The notes beneath the pieces were generated by a model, which was given only the letters and a program-made list of their open reading frames with translations, was not told the origin of the DNA and searched no databases. This document shows, in pieces, positions 21,605 to 32,544 of a DNA stretch of 64,000 nt. The translations under genes and the position numbers were made by a program. Positions within the stretch are counted from its first letter, which is position 1, and each line of letters opens with the position of its first letter. Origin of the DNA: Methanobacteriota archaeon (GTDB lineage: Archaea; Halobacteriota; Bog-38; Methanoflorentales; Methanoflorentaceae); contig CAVRAO010000002.1 of NCBI GenBank assembly GCA_963719035.1, positions 426,846-490,845 of the forward strand, written 5' to 3'.

Positions 21605-22708
21605 TCAACTCTGTTTCTGTCGCAATGCGCGTTCCCACCCCACCTTCAAAATATTCACGTCAATCTTGAACGGCAGGCCCTGCAATGCCTGGATTTGCTC
21701 TGGTGACATTGGTGCTGGCAGATTCGGCGGAACCGCTTTAATTTTTGACACGGCAAACACGGATCCCCACACATCCATCATTTCTGAGCTTTCGATGAAT
21801 GCTCCTTTAGCAACGCCCTCTTTGTAAGTCTCATCGCCGACGAACATATTCAAGTCAAACGGTTCATACAACTTCATATCAGCAGCGTAATTTTGAAATA
21901 GGTCCCACATCAGTTTCTCAACTTTACGCTCTGGATCGCGCACGTTCAAACCGATGACCTTGCGCGCTTCACGCCTGTTAATGAAATGCGTGTGTGTGTA
22001 GAGTTTCTCGGTCATGATTTCAACGATCTGCGTAACTTTAGCCTCGTTTTTCTCACCTTTCATATGGCTCTTGAGGAGATTAGTAGCCAACATGCGGATA
22101 CGCGTATGCTGTCGATAGACGTTTCCAAGCGCGAGTGGATGCACTTGCTTCGAGAGCTCGTTAAAGACATCAATAATGTGATCTTGCTCGCTGATCTTCG
22201 CCGCTTCCCGAGCGAGAGAGATATAAGCAGTAACGTCTTCGACGCTAATTCCCAGCGGAATTGCTGGATTCAACGGATCGCGAGGATTAAATTGATTCGC
22301 CGTAGTGGGGTCGACTGAACTCAGTGTGCCACCAGTCCCCATCAGTATTTCGTCTGCTCCGAGACAAATAAGAGTTCCTGCACTATGGCAATGGTAGGGT
22401 ACGAGCGCTGAGAACTTAGTAGCATACTCTCGAACAAAGTTGACTAGTGGCCACGGTACATCAGCATCTCCACCACGAGTATATATGAACAAATCTAAGT
22501 GATCTATCTCTCCCAAATGATCTAAGTGATCGTAAACGAAACGCAAATGCTCTTGCGAGACTTGGCTACTCATGCCGGGGATGTTAGCATTCGTAGGACG
22601 ATCCCCGGTGACATAGCAAATAACCTCGCTCCCTCGCAACTCTTGCAGTTCTTTAATGATGTCAAGTCGCTGCTTTGTTAGCTCCGAGGCCTCTGTGAGA
22701 CTGCTCAT
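21605..22708 (-). CDS. ClpP/crotonase-fold serine protease, SDH ('serine dehydrogenase proteinase', SppA-like) family
   Basis: 367 aa; …IYTRGGD…, …YHCHSAGTLICLGADEILMG… resembles ClpP-class active-site context. Confidence 0.5.
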   Translation of the reverse strand: MSSLTEASELTKQRLDIIKELQELRGSEVICYVTGDRPTNANIPGMSSQVSQEHLRFVYDHLDHLGEIDHLDLFIYTRGGDADVPWPLVNFVREYATKFSALVPYHCHSAGTLICLGADEILMGTGGTLSSVDPTTANQFNPRDPLNPAIPLGISVEDVTAYISLAREAAKISEQDHIIDVFNELSKQVHPLALGNVYRQHTRIRMLATNLLKSHMKGEKNEAKVTQIVEIMTEKLYTHTHFINRREARKVIGLNVRDPERKVEKLMWDLFQNYAADMKLYEPFDLNMFVGDETYKEGVAKGAFIESSEMMDVWGSVFAVSKIKAVPPNLPAPMSPEQIQALQGLPFKIDVNILKVGWERALRQKQS

Positions 22709-22985
22709 GTTTCACCCTATCAAGAATGTCGTATATAAATCTGTCATCTTTACGAGCACAATTGCAACGACGACACTTAGCGAAGACAGATTGTTGCACG
22801 TTCGCTAGAAATCGGATTTTTGCTTTCCTCGCACATAAAGCGTTTCAAGTTGAGACGTTTAAGTGAGTGTAATGTCTGAACATGTTTTTGAGATTGGCGT
22901 AAATGATGCTCCCGCGTCACAGCGAGAGAGAGAGTGCGCATAATCATTTTGGCCCCCTCAAAAGATATTGTGCTCACATGTTACT

Positions 22986-25799
22986 TCAATTATGCCAGAA
23001 CCGACGTGTCCGCGTATAATGGCGCTCATTCCTCAAAATATCGCGGTAAAATCCTTCCTCATCCACGCGTGACTTCCGTATAACTCTAGAAGCTGCTTCA
23101 GGACCAAGTCCTCGAGAGGCTAACGCTATAACACCTTTTTTCCCGTGTGAAAGCACTAGGTTGGCATTTCTATAAACGCGCTTTGTCCGCGCTTTATCTT
23201 CAGCCGTCTTAGCCTTTTCAGATTTTTTCACGATGACAACTTCTTCGTCTTCCCACGGTTTTAGGGCGGCGATCAATTTTGAGTTACATAACGGACATTG
23301 TGGCTGTTCAGGCACGCTTGCTACGTTAATTTTTGATTTCCATTTCTTGCAAGTGAGACAAAAAAGGATAACCCGATCGTTTAAAATCCTATTTTTGAGC
23401 GCCATGAGGATTGATCTATCGGGGTTGTCGGTTACGAGTAGCTCGCGAGTGCCATAATGGCGTTGCCTGCTGAGGGGGCTTAATTTCGATGTGACGACCT
23501 GTATTTTATTTTCCTGTATTTGTCTTAGCACGTCACTGGTGCGCTCAAAATCGAGCTTAGTGTTTGCTATGTCGTGTATAGCTTCCTCGTAAACGGGGGT
23601 ATCTTTGAGCAATTCGGTCAGTTTATTGATATTTAGATACTTGTGTTCCACATCACGCTCTATTACGCCAAACTTGCGGGCTACATGAACGAGCTTCCAC
23701 TTCAACAGCATGCTGTTTTTTAACGTCATTTCAATCAATGGCTTAACAAACTCTGGTTTTAATTGTTGCACCAATGCAACAATCTGCTCAGCGCTCACAA
23801 CATTAGGGAGCTCAAGCTGTATCCAATACGGATTGACCTCCATCGCAACACTCGCGCCCAAACGTGCAGCAAGCAATGAAGTGATGACCCGGCCTAACGT
23901 CTCGTTAATCTTATGACCAAAGCAAGCGTGAATGATTGCTGTTTTCGCGTCGACTTCAACAACAAGCCTTTTGTCAGTCGGAATCGCGAATTCTTTTTGG
24001 CGTTCAAATAGGTCAACGACACGTCGCACCGTATGGGGATCTGTGCGATAATCCTGCAGAAGACGACTGTTTGCAGCCTTGGAGGAAGCTTTGGCTATTT
24101 GCTCCCTAAGTTTCCCCACATCAGCAGCGACTTCGTAAGGCACAGGTATCTGCTCGCCCACCCAGCTCGGAATTTCACCTGTAGAGCGTTCTATAGGCTC
24201 AACTTTAACGCGCTCATCATCGATGTCTAAAATGCGCCACATCTCTCCTTTTGTAACGAAAACGGCGCCAGGCTCAGCAAAAGCAACTACAAATGTCTCG
24301 TCAAGAGTTCCGATCCACTTCCCATCAATCGTGTCATAGATGCCATAAGTTTTTTCATCTGGGATCATGGAGAGGTTCTCGTAGCAATACCGTCGGGTTT
24401 TACCCATCTTTTTAATGATCGGTTCTCTTTCTTCACCCTCAACTTTTAACAGCCATTGTTGCTGTAAGAGCTTCACCGTCTCAACGAACTCATCCAATGC
24501 CAAGTTTCGATACGGGTAGGCTTTTTTGATAATTCTTAAAGCCCTCCCAGCCGGTACAGCCCCGTTCAAGATCAAGAAACACAACTGGTTTGCTAGAACG
24601 TCTAAAGCTTGATAATTAACTAAAACAGGCTCAATCTCGTTTTTTCGCGCTCGGCGCGTTATCACCCACGACTCCATAATATCATCAACGTGAGCGGTGA
24701 TAATGGTGCCCTCTGATGTTTCTCCGATCCGATGTCCAGCGCGGCCGACACGCTGCAGCAGTCTCGTAACTTCGCGCGGTGAATTGTATTGAACGACGTG
24801 TTCGACGTCCCCTATGTCTATCCCTAGTTCCATTGACGAGGTACAGATTAAGCCCTTTTTTTTGCCGGCCTTAAACTCGTTCTCTGCCTCTATGCGTGCC
24901 TCCTTCGAAAGAGATCCGTGATGAACACCGACGTCAGTACCACGAAAAAGAGAACCGAGCGCCTCAGCTGCTTGTCGTGTGTTAACAAATATAAGTGTGG
25001 ATTTGTGGTCGTCCACAATGTTGCGAAGAACGCGAAAATGACTTGCGAGTTCCAGCGCAATTTCCCTTGATTTGGCCACAGCTTCATCTGCTCTAGTGAT
25101 CTCGGGTTTTGTAACGACAAAATTCGACGTTCTTGCAGCAGGAGCCTCGAGAACTGAGACTGCCCTTCCATTTCCGACAAGAAAGTGGCCCATCTCCTGT
25201 GGACTTCCAACGGTAGCAGAAAGCCCTATCCTTTGAAACTCTCCGACTAAGTCTGCCAAGCGCTCAAGGCCTAAACTCAGCTGGGCTCCGCGTTTAGAAC
25301 TCGCAAGGTCGTGGATTTCGTCAATAACAACGAACTTGACGGATTGTAAATTCTCTCGCAGCCGTCGACCCATGAGCATTGCTTGTAGCGTTTCAGGGGT
25401 CGTAATTAGCAGGTCAGGCGGGGCGAGAGTCTGTCGCCGCCTCTCAGATTTGGACGTATCACCATGTCGAACGGCGATCGAGAACCCTAACTTCTCGCTC
25501 CACCAATCAAGCCTCGCCAGCATGTCCCTATTCAGCGCTCGAAGTGGGGTGATATACAGAATAATTATTCCCTTTCGCTGTTGGACTTCGAGCAGCTTGC
25601 TGAACACCGGGAGCATCGCTGCTTCTGTCTTACCTGTTCCCGTTGGGGCGATGAGAAGGACGTTTTTCTCCTCGAGCACGCTTGGAATTGCCAAGCGCTG
25701 CACTTCTGAAAGCGGACCAAATCGGCTGACAAATGCATCCTTCACGTGGGGATGGAGTGAGTCAACTATAGATTTTTCGAGGCTTTTGCTAGCGACCAT
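22986..25799 (-). CDS. lhr: Lhr-type (large helicase-related) superfamily-2 DEAD/DEAH-box helicase with C-terminal zinc ribbon
   Basis: 937 aa; Q-motif/Walker A (…APTGTGKTEAA…), DEIH box (VVIDEIHDL), helicase C motifs, C-terminal CxxC…CPLC. Confidence 0.85.
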   Translation of the reverse strand: MVASKSLEKSIVDSLHPHVKDAFVSRFGPLSEVQRLAIPSVLEEKNVLLIAPTGTGKTEAAMLPVFSKLLEVQQRKGIIILYITPLRALNRDMLARLDWWSEKLGFSIAVRHGDTSKSERRRQTLAPPDLLITTPETLQAMLMGRRLRENLQSVKFVVIDEIHDLASSKRGAQLSLGLERLADLVGEFQRIGLSATVGSPQEMGHFLVGNGRAVSVLEAPAARTSNFVVTKPEITRADEAVAKSREIALELASHFRVLRNIVDDHKSTLIFVNTRQAAEALGSLFRGTDVGVHHGSLSKEARIEAENEFKAGKKKGLICTSSMELGIDIGDVEHVVQYNSPREVTRLLQRVGRAGHRIGETSEGTIITAHVDDIMESWVITRRARKNEIEPVLVNYQALDVLANQLCFLILNGAVPAGRALRIIKKAYPYRNLALDEFVETVKLLQQQWLLKVEGEEREPIIKKMGKTRRYCYENLSMIPDEKTYGIYDTIDGKWIGTLDETFVVAFAEPGAVFVTKGEMWRILDIDDERVKVEPIERSTGEIPSWVGEQIPVPYEVAADVGKLREQIAKASSKAANSRLLQDYRTDPHTVRRVVDLFERQKEFAIPTDKRLVVEVDAKTAIIHACFGHKINETLGRVITSLLAARLGASVAMEVNPYWIQLELPNVVSAEQIVALVQQLKPEFVKPLIEMTLKNSMLLKWKLVHVARKFGVIERDVEHKYLNINKLTELLKDTPVYEEAIHDIANTKLDFERTSDVLRQIQENKIQVVTSKLSPLSRQRHYGTRELLVTDNPDRSILMALKNRILNDRVILFCLTCKKWKSKINVASVPEQPQCPLCNSKLIAALKPWEDEEVVIVKKSEKAKTAEDKARTKRVYRNANLVLSHGKKGVIALASRGLGPEAASRVIRKSRVDEEGFYRDILRNERHYTRTRRFWHN

Positions 25800-25996
25800 C
25801 GGTAACGTTCAACGGGAAGCTTCCGCTTCGCATACCTTTACGACACTCATCACTCACGAACAAAGGATTATTCGACTAGAGCGACAATCTCCGCTCTTCG
25901 ACATGGCTCCATAATCTGATCCAAAAAAAGAAAAGGAATCCCCAATTTGCCTTAAAAGCAAGTTGGGGTTGATAGACTTTTGACCTGTTCTCTCAA

Positions 25997-27049
25997 CTAA
26001 CAGCGTCCCGCGAACGATGGGATAACATCCTTTCCGCAAATATTTATTGCCGCTTCAACGTCCGGACCTGTGGGGCTGCCAATTATAACCTGCGTCACTC
26101 CAGTGTCGAGCAACGCTTCGATCTTCTTGTTGCAGGTATCTGCGTCGCCCGCTATGACGAATGCGTCGATCATGTTGTCATCCACTAACGGCCCGACATC
26201 ACCCCACTTACCAGCGCCGATAGCGTCAGCGATGGCTTTAGCCGTTGCGAGTGGAATACCGTGTCGCTCGAGCACAGGCGGCGGAGAGCCCATCGTAATA
26301 AACGCAGCAACCATTTTGGCTGATTTGCGTGCCTTCGCCAAATCAGGCCCGATAGAAAACGCCGTGTATGCACCCACGTCGAAGTCGCTCATAGACCTTC
26401 CACTCGATCCAACTCCCTCTTGGATGTGTGGCATCGCCGCTACGTAGTCTTTCTCATTGGACGCGTTGATAAGCACTCCGTCAGCAATTTCTCCAGCAGT
26501 TTTAAGCATGCCAGGACCTTGCGCGCCCATGTAAAAGGGCACCTTGTCCTTCTGCGGGCCAGTAAAGTCAAGCTTTGCACCCGTAACTTTTACTGTCTCA
26601 CCAGCAAAATCAACGCTTTCACCGGCCAGCAGCTTGTAGACGACTTCTTTGGCCTCTTTAATTGCACTCAGGGGCTTCTTGATGCTCCAGTCGCCGCTCC
26701 AGATTGCGGGCGCTGGGAATCCAAATCCCATACGGTCAAACGTCGCCTTGTCGCCAGGACCCATGCCTAGATTGACACGCCCACCTGATATTTCATCAAT
26801 TGTAGCTATCGCGTTCGCAGTCAGCAAGGCATTTCGCGTGAAGGGATTCGTAATGCCCGTACCGGGGCGTATAGTCGATGTCTTCAGTGATATGAGTGTG
26901 AGCATTGGATAGACATTTCGGTTGTTATAGTGGTCAGTAATCCACGCGTACTTAAAGCCGTTGTCTTCCGCTAACTTTACCCTATCCGCACACTGATTCG
27001 GCGGCATATTAGGGACAAACTCTATGCCAAAATTTATTTCCTTAGCCAT
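25997..27049 (-). CDS. mer: F420-dependent 5,10-methylenetetrahydromethanopterin reductase (Mer; luciferase-like monooxygenase family)
   Basis: 350 aa; N-terminal …FGIEFVPN…, …AWITDHYNNRNVYP…, …GPGD… closely resembles characterised Mer. Confidence 0.8.
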   Translation of the reverse strand: MAKEINFGIEFVPNMPPNQCADRVKLAEDNGFKYAWITDHYNNRNVYPMLTLISLKTSTIRPGTGITNPFTRNALLTANAIATIDEISGGRVNLGMGPGDKATFDRMGFGFPAPAIWSGDWSIKKPLSAIKEAKEVVYKLLAGESVDFAGETVKVTGAKLDFTGPQKDKVPFYMGAQGPGMLKTAGEIADGVLINASNEKDYVAAMPHIQEGVGSSGRSMSDFDVGAYTAFSIGPDLAKARKSAKMVAAFITMGSPPPVLERHGIPLATAKAIADAIGAGKWGDVGPLVDDNMIDAFVIAGDADTCNKKIEALLDTGVTQVIIGSPTGPDVEAAINICGKDVIPSFAGRC

Positions 27050-27481
27050 TTTTTCACAACCATTACTTGGTTTATGTAACCCTCGAATATGTCAAAAAGG
27101 AAGTACGAGAGGTTATCTTCAAATTCTTTTTCCTCAATATTAATATATCGGTCTTTAAAAACACGGTGTTTTTCGCAATAAAAATAGGAATTCTGATTTC
27201 GCAAGCTAGGAGCCGCTGCAACTTATTTAAGGGGGTTAGACCACACCAATTGTTTTCACGATAAACAACGAAGAACATACGATACGCGCGTCGCTCCGCG
27301 TGTAAAAACAGAAATAACAGGTGATTATCGCCTCAGAAAAGAATACAGAACACCCTACGAGAAAAGTGCGGCTAAATCCATCTTAATCTTTATTTATAAT
27401 CTGAATCTTAAATAGATTCCAAAGAAAAGAACGCCGAGAAGCTAAAGAACTGAACACGTTTTTTGTGGAGTCCGAACGCCA

Positions 27482-28375
27482 TTACATTGAAGGAACTCCG
27501 AAAAACTGGATAAGATACGTTCCCGCAAAGATCGCAATAAGTCCGAGCACTTTCAAGGCGACATCCATCTTTGTGAGTTCCTCCCTGAGCACCCGGGGAA
27601 ATCGATAGGACAGAATCGTTGCGAATAACAACACGAAGAGCGGCTGTGTCGCGCCGACGGAGCTTATCAGTGTTATGGGGCCGTGCGCAATCGCATAGTT
27701 GTAGGCAAATACGGCGACGTATGCTACTGCCTGTTCAGCGACGATTATAACGCCAATTTGCCTGCTTGTTATCTTATATGTCGTGATAAGTGAACTCCTA
27801 AAGGGCTTAAATGGGATAAACTGAAAGAAGGTTATGAACCCTGCGATTTGCACCCAAATGAAGATAGTATAAAAGTCCTGCACCGAAAACAAGTATTTCA
27901 AAGCGACGCTGTACAACGCCAATAAGAACGATGCGAGGATCATCAGATAAAAAGCTAGTGAGATGCGAATTCCCTTAGTTAGTCTAATGGCGAACAGCGT
28001 CCCTCCAAGAACTAACAGCCCGAATGCGACGTAATCCTGTGGTCTAAGTGCTTCGTGCAGAACCACGCTCGAGAGGATCAACACGAATACGGGAGTCAGC
28101 TGAAGAAGGGGGATAACTCGCGACACCTCTTCAACCATGAGTGCCTTGAAATAAGGCAAGGTGTAGTAGATGCGGACGAAGCCGACAAGAATTGTAAACG
28201 CGAGTATTCCTAGCGGTAACGGTGTTAAATGAAAGAAGGCAAGTGTTACTAGCGGCATGAGGCTTGTGGCACTTATTACTAACACATAGACTAGCGGTGG
28301 TATTTTGTAGTCGGAAATCAGGATCTTATCAATGATGTTTACGCCAGAAATGAGTACCTGACGACAGCAATGCAA
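27482..28375 (-). CDS. DMT-superfamily (EamA-like) transporter
   Basis: 297 aa, ~10 predicted TM helices in two repeated halves. Confidence 0.55.
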   Translation of the reverse strand: MHCCRQVLISGVNIIDKILISDYKIPPLVYVLVISATSLMPLVTLAFFHLTPLPLGILAFTILVGFVRIYYTLPYFKALMVEEVSRVIPLLQLTPVFVLILSSVVLHEALRPQDYVAFGLLVLGGTLFAIRLTKGIRISLAFYLMILASFLLALYSVALKYLFSVQDFYTIFIWVQIAGFITFFQFIPFKPFRSSLITTYKITSRQIGVIIVAEQAVAYVAVFAYNYAIAHGPITLISSVGATQPLFVLLFATILSYRFPRVLREELTKMDVALKVLGLIAIFAGTYLIQFFGVPSM

Positions 28376-28552
28376 AATAGAACCACTCTACTGCCATAAG
28401 GGGGGGCCTGTAGCCTCGTGTTAGCTTTTAAGCTACTTACAGTTTGCGAGTTTCCTTCCGCTTAGCCGTCTGCAAAGAATGGCAGCCGGAGCATATTTAG
28501 CGTGAAACACCGAGAATATAGTTTGGTAGAAGCTCGTTAGATCAGCGCGAGT

Positions 28553-29413
28553 TTATTTTTCGCTCCGACGAGTCCTTCTTGATTTGCCGCTTTCTCGCGC
28601 GAGGTTTCTCAGTTGCCCTACAGTTCCCAGATATGTGCCGTCCAGCATGTAGACTTCCGCTTGTTTGAGCAATATCGCGCGATTGGCAAAAAGTGGCCCT
28701 AGCAGGGTTTCATAAGTGGCTTCGTTGAAAGCGATTCCCCCAACAAGCTCATTAAAAGCGGGCATAATGATGACACGCGGGTCGTTATAGCGTTCGAGTT
28801 TTGGATATCGTTTTCGAAAAACGCCCTCAACAAAGCAGGCCCGAATCCAAACCGGCTTCGAACTTACATAGCCCAGCGGGTCAGCAAGGCGAACGATTGG
28901 ATGGTTGTGCCCCATAATAACATGACTACAACCTAAGAGCTCTGTGGAAGGCCACGTGTGGCCGTGTACTAGGCCCATATCGTTGATTCTACACCCTTTT
29001 GATGGATGGATTCTGATTCCGAACCGTGTGTCGCGAGGAATCAAATATTCGATGCCCCCGTCATGATTACCTGGAAGTACGTCCACGGGAACGCACTCAG
29101 CTATCGATCGCAGAAAATACGGGACGTCGTGTCGCTCCAACGGCGAGGTTTTTGAGATGCAATGCTTTATATCTCCCAGAAGCACAACACGTCGCGCTTT
29201 GACCTTGCTCAAAAACCGTAAGACCCGTTCAATGCGTCGCTCTATTTGTGATGGAATATGTATACCGCTTAGCGATAGCTCATGCTCAATTCCGATATGC
29301 AGATCAGCCAACACGAGCGCATCGCCAACGGTCAGCGCAGGTTCATTAACAACAGGCTGCGGTTCAGCAAAGCCAATCCGATTGCTGCGTCCAAATCCAT
29401 CGTTTTGCTCCAT
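28553..29413 (-). CDS. calcineurin-like metallophosphoesterase
   Basis: Motifs DLHIG, GDIKH, GNHD, GHNH in canonical order. Confidence 0.7.
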   Translation of the reverse strand: MEQNDGFGRSNRIGFAEPQPVVNEPALTVGDALVLADLHIGIEHELSLSGIHIPSQIERRIERVLRFLSKVKARRVVLLGDIKHCISKTSPLERHDVPYFLRSIAECVPVDVLPGNHDGGIEYLIPRDTRFGIRIHPSKGCRINDMGLVHGHTWPSTELLGCSHVIMGHNHPIVRLADPLGYVSSKPVWIRACFVEGVFRKRYPKLERYNDPRVIIMPAFNELVGGIAFNEATYETLLGPLFANRAILLKQAEVYMLDGTYLGTVGQLRNLARESGKSRRTRRSEK

Positions 29414-29543
29414 CTTCGCTCAAAATGCTTTCCTTGGTAACTTCAAAAAAGAAGTGGTGTCCTAGCTCCGGGAACAAAATAAGTGCGCGACAAACAACTG
29501 AATTTAGCGTGATGACCGAAAGAATGTCCAACCAATCTGCGTC

Positions 29544-29945
29544 CTAACGCTGAAACGAGGTGCGAACTAGCATGCTCGTTTGGCCATTATTCATTCCGAC
29601 CGCGACCCACACTATGTCTTGTCCCTTCGCGAACGTGATCAAACCCCCGGTTTCATTAGTGCTCGTGAAGCTTACGTTGTAGCCTCTTTCTTGCATTTGA
29701 GATTTATAGAACTCTAGAACCTGTGTCGGAGTATCGTTCGTTTGGTAGGTTATGATTTGCCCAGCGAACGGAAAACTCGAGTACGACGTTCTGTTCGCGT
29801 TGGGAAATTCGGGCACGTTAAGTGGCTCTTTGCCGGGTTGCGTAACATTTTCTATTTTGACGGTGCAGCCGGAGCACGCCAGAGCCAAGCCTGCGACAAT
29901 GAGAACTATCAGAACGGCCTTCAAAAAATTCATTAGCACCCCCAT
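29544..29945 (-). CDS. secreted/lipoprotein-like hypothetical protein (133 aa)
   Basis: Signal peptide with lipobox-like LALACSGC. Confidence 0.45.
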   Translation of the reverse strand: MGVLMNFLKAVLIVLIVAGLALACSGCTVKIENVTQPGKEPLNVPEFPNANRTSYSSFPFAGQIITYQTNDTPTQVLEFYKSQMQERGYNVSFTSTNETGGLITFAKGQDIVWVAVGMNNGQTSMLVRTSFQR

Positions 29946-30122
29946 TGCTCAGGTTTGAAATAAATCTTGTGGTGGATGTTTGGTTTGCCCAGTTAACTGG
30001 CGCTCGTTTCTCAAAATTGCGTAACTCTGCTCAAAGCGCCTTATGAAGCGACTTATTCTGCAGGTCAACGTATATCGATAAGTTTTACGTTATCGGTGCG
30101 TATATAGTGCGAGGTTAATCAC

Positions 30123-30404
30123 ATGTTATCAACCATTCCTATAGATTTGAATGAGATTGACAAAAAAAATATTGATAAAGAAATCTTGCGAGCAGGCATC
30201 ATTGCAGAGCTTGATGCTGTTAATCTGTACGAACAGATGGCCGCTATGACAAAAAACGCAGCGATACTAGCTACTCTGTTGGACATTGCTAAGGAAGAAA
30301 AAACCCACGTGGGCGAATTCCAAGCGCTTCTCTTACAGCTAGATCAAGAACAGGCCGATGAGCTAGAGCATGGAAAAAGAGAAGTGGAGGAGTTGGCAGA
30401 ATAA
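30123..30404 (+). CDS. ferritin-like/rubrerythrin-like small protein (EncFtn-like four-helix-bundle half)
   Basis: 93 aa; E…Y…E…H spacing typical of di-iron ferritin-like fold. Confidence 0.45.
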   Translation: MLSTIPIDLNEIDKKNIDKEILRAGIIAELDAVNLYEQMAAMTKNAAILATLLDIAKEEKTHVGEFQALLLQLDQEQADELEHGKREVEELAE

Positions 30405-30528
30405 GAGCTTGGATAAAAATAGTTGCTAAACCCTACAGTAGTTAAGCGAGAACAGAAGAGACGAACACTAAGCGAAAGCTGCAAAAAAATAATTCAAAAA
30501 AAAGGCGGCTTAGGCAAAACCTTCAGAT

Positions 30529-30822
30529 TTGCTGATGTCGTACAAAACGGCAAGAATGATCGATGGCAATCTAGCTGCATTGGTAGCTCTTCCTATTTTA
30601 GCAGCATTTTTGATCATATATTTGCTGAGAATAGACGACAACGTCGGGCATCTTTTTATGCTAATGGGTGGTGGTTTATGCGCCATAGCGCTGCTCCCAT
30701 ATGTGTTCAACACGCCAAGTGACATCACCACCGTACTTCTCATTCTTGGCCTCGGATGCATAGCATGGGGTCTGACTTTGAGGAAAAAGAGATTCAGACC
30801 GCAAAAAAAACGCGCTTGGTAA
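30529..30822 (+). CDS. small membrane protein (97 aa)
   Basis: Three hydrophobic segments; uncertain. Confidence 0.3.
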   Translation: MLMSYKTARMIDGNLAALVALPILAAFLIIYLLRIDDNVGHLFMLMGGGLCAIALLPYVFNTPSDITTVLLILGLGCIAWGLTLRKKRFRPQKKRAW

Positions 30823-31161
30823 CTATGGGTCCTTGCTTAAATGCTCTTTGCTTATAGCCTTCTCCTCAAACCGTGCTGGCGTCTTGAGTGCAACGCTAGC
30901 GAAGCTGAGATCATATCGTTTCAACACTCAAAGTTCAAGCATAGCTGCTTAGCATTTTTGGTGGGAGTCAGCTTCACAACTTGATGTGAATCGTCGTTTT
31001 GAGTGAGAACGTAGCAGGACTTCTATAGCACCCAAATCCTGAGACTTTGAAAAACAAATCAAGTAAGCTTTATAGCGCTGCTTGCAAATATTACATGAGG
31101 GCCATTTAGTTCGTATCATTGCGTTATTATTTTAGATCAATTCTTCAGAGTGGATATTTGA

Positions 31162-32535
31162 ATGGAGCAACTCTTAAAACGTGCACGAGAGTGTGCGCAT
31201 GCGCTTGAAAAGCAAGACGAAGTATTAATCGTCTCTCACGTCGACGCAGATGGACTTGCGTCTGCTGGAATAATATGCCGTGCGCTTGACAGAATTGAAA
31301 AAGGTTACGAAGTTAAAATCGTTAAGAAACTAGACCCTTCAGTTTTCCAGGATGTCTCAAGCGCAGAAGCCGTGATATTCACTGACCTAGGAAGCGGAAG
31401 CCTCGATTTGATAGACGATCTCGGGCCCCTGTGCGTAATTGCAGATCACCACCAGCCAGCAGGCAGATCTGACACGGCGCTGCACTTGAATCCGCATCTA
31501 TTCGGTTTTAATGGGGCTACCGACTTGAGCGGATCCGGGGCCACATATTTGATTGCTAGGGCCCTTGGAGAGAACGCTGACCTTTCAGATTTAGCTGTAG
31601 TCGGTGCCGTCGGGGACCTCCAGCACGTGAGAGAAGGGCGACTTCGAGGAGTGAACAGACTTATCCTCGACGAAGCTGAAAAATACGCTACAGTCGCAGT
31701 CGAAAAGGATTTGCAGGCTTTTGGCAAACAAACGCGACCCATTCATAAGCTCCTTGAATATGCATCAAATCCATATATACCCGGGATCACCGGAAACAGC
31801 GAACAAATTTTGGGATTCTTGACTTCTTTAAACATTGAGCTTCAAGAAGAAGGCAAATGGAAGAAGTGGATCGATCTCAGCAGCGTCGAAAGGCGCACAA
31901 TAATATCTGCCCTCATCCAACGATGCTTAGCGCAAGGTATGCCCCCTGAAACAATCCAGAACCTCGTTGGCGAAGTCTATACTCTGTTAAAAGAAGAACG
32001 CGGGACCGCCCTTCGAGATGCGTCGGAGTATGCCACACTGCTCAACGCTACTGCACGATATGGCTTCGAAAAGATCGGTATTGCCGTTTGCATGGGTGAT
32101 CGAGAAGGTAGTTACCGGAAATCCAACGAACTTCTGTTGATGCACCGAGAGAACTTAGTACGAGGCCTCAACTACGTTAGACAGTCAGGCGTGACAACGC
32201 TTTCGAACTTGCAGTACTTCCACGCAGGAGACAATATACTCGAAACGATTGTTGGGATCGTTGCTGGAATGTGTAAGAACTTAGATGGCGTAAATATGCA
32301 CCTGCCAATCGTCGGTTTGGCAAACTCTGACGAGGGAGTGAAAGTGTCTGCTCGAGGAACCCAAACTCTTGTTCGGCGCCGTTTGAACTTGGCAAGAGCT
32401 ATGAGTGAAGCTGCTAACTCAGTTGGAGGGGTGGGAGGTGGCCATGATATCGCCGCTGGAGCAACGATTCCCGAAGGGACTGAAACAGAGTTCCTCAAGC
32501 ATCTGAACCAATTGGTTGGACTGCAGCTTTCGTAA
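31162..32535 (+). CDS. DHH-family phosphoesterase, archaeal RecJ/GAN (Cdc45-like) type
   Basis: 457 aa; DHH motifs (…HVDADGLAS…, …IADHHQP…), DHHA1-like C-terminus (…GGGHDIAAGA…). Confidence 0.75.
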   Translation: MEQLLKRARECAHALEKQDEVLIVSHVDADGLASAGIICRALDRIEKGYEVKIVKKLDPSVFQDVSSAEAVIFTDLGSGSLDLIDDLGPLCVIADHHQPAGRSDTALHLNPHLFGFNGATDLSGSGATYLIARALGENADLSDLAVVGAVGDLQHVREGRLRGVNRLILDEAEKYATVAVEKDLQAFGKQTRPIHKLLEYASNPYIPGITGNSEQILGFLTSLNIELQEEGKWKKWIDLSSVERRTIISALIQRCLAQGMPPETIQNLVGEVYTLLKEERGTALRDASEYATLLNATARYGFEKIGIAVCMGDREGSYRKSNELLLMHRENLVRGLNYVRQSGVTTLSNLQYFHAGDNILETIVGIVAGMCKNLDGVNMHLPIVGLANSDEGVKVSARGTQTLVRRRLNLARAMSEAANSVGGVGGGHDIAAGATIPEGTETEFLKHLNQLVGLQLS

Positions 32536-32544
32536 CGCATTTAC
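32473..32544. repeat. 72-bp direct repeat, copy 1 (3' end of RecJ-like gene)
   Basis: Identical to 35548..35619 (gaagggactgaaacagagttcctcaagcatctgaaccaattggttggactgcagctttcgtaacgcatttac). Confidence 0.95.

Noticed and set aside
25336-25914. 192-aa + strand ORF opposite the Lhr helicase N-terminus
   Set aside because: Antisense shadow of a long, well-supported helicase gene.
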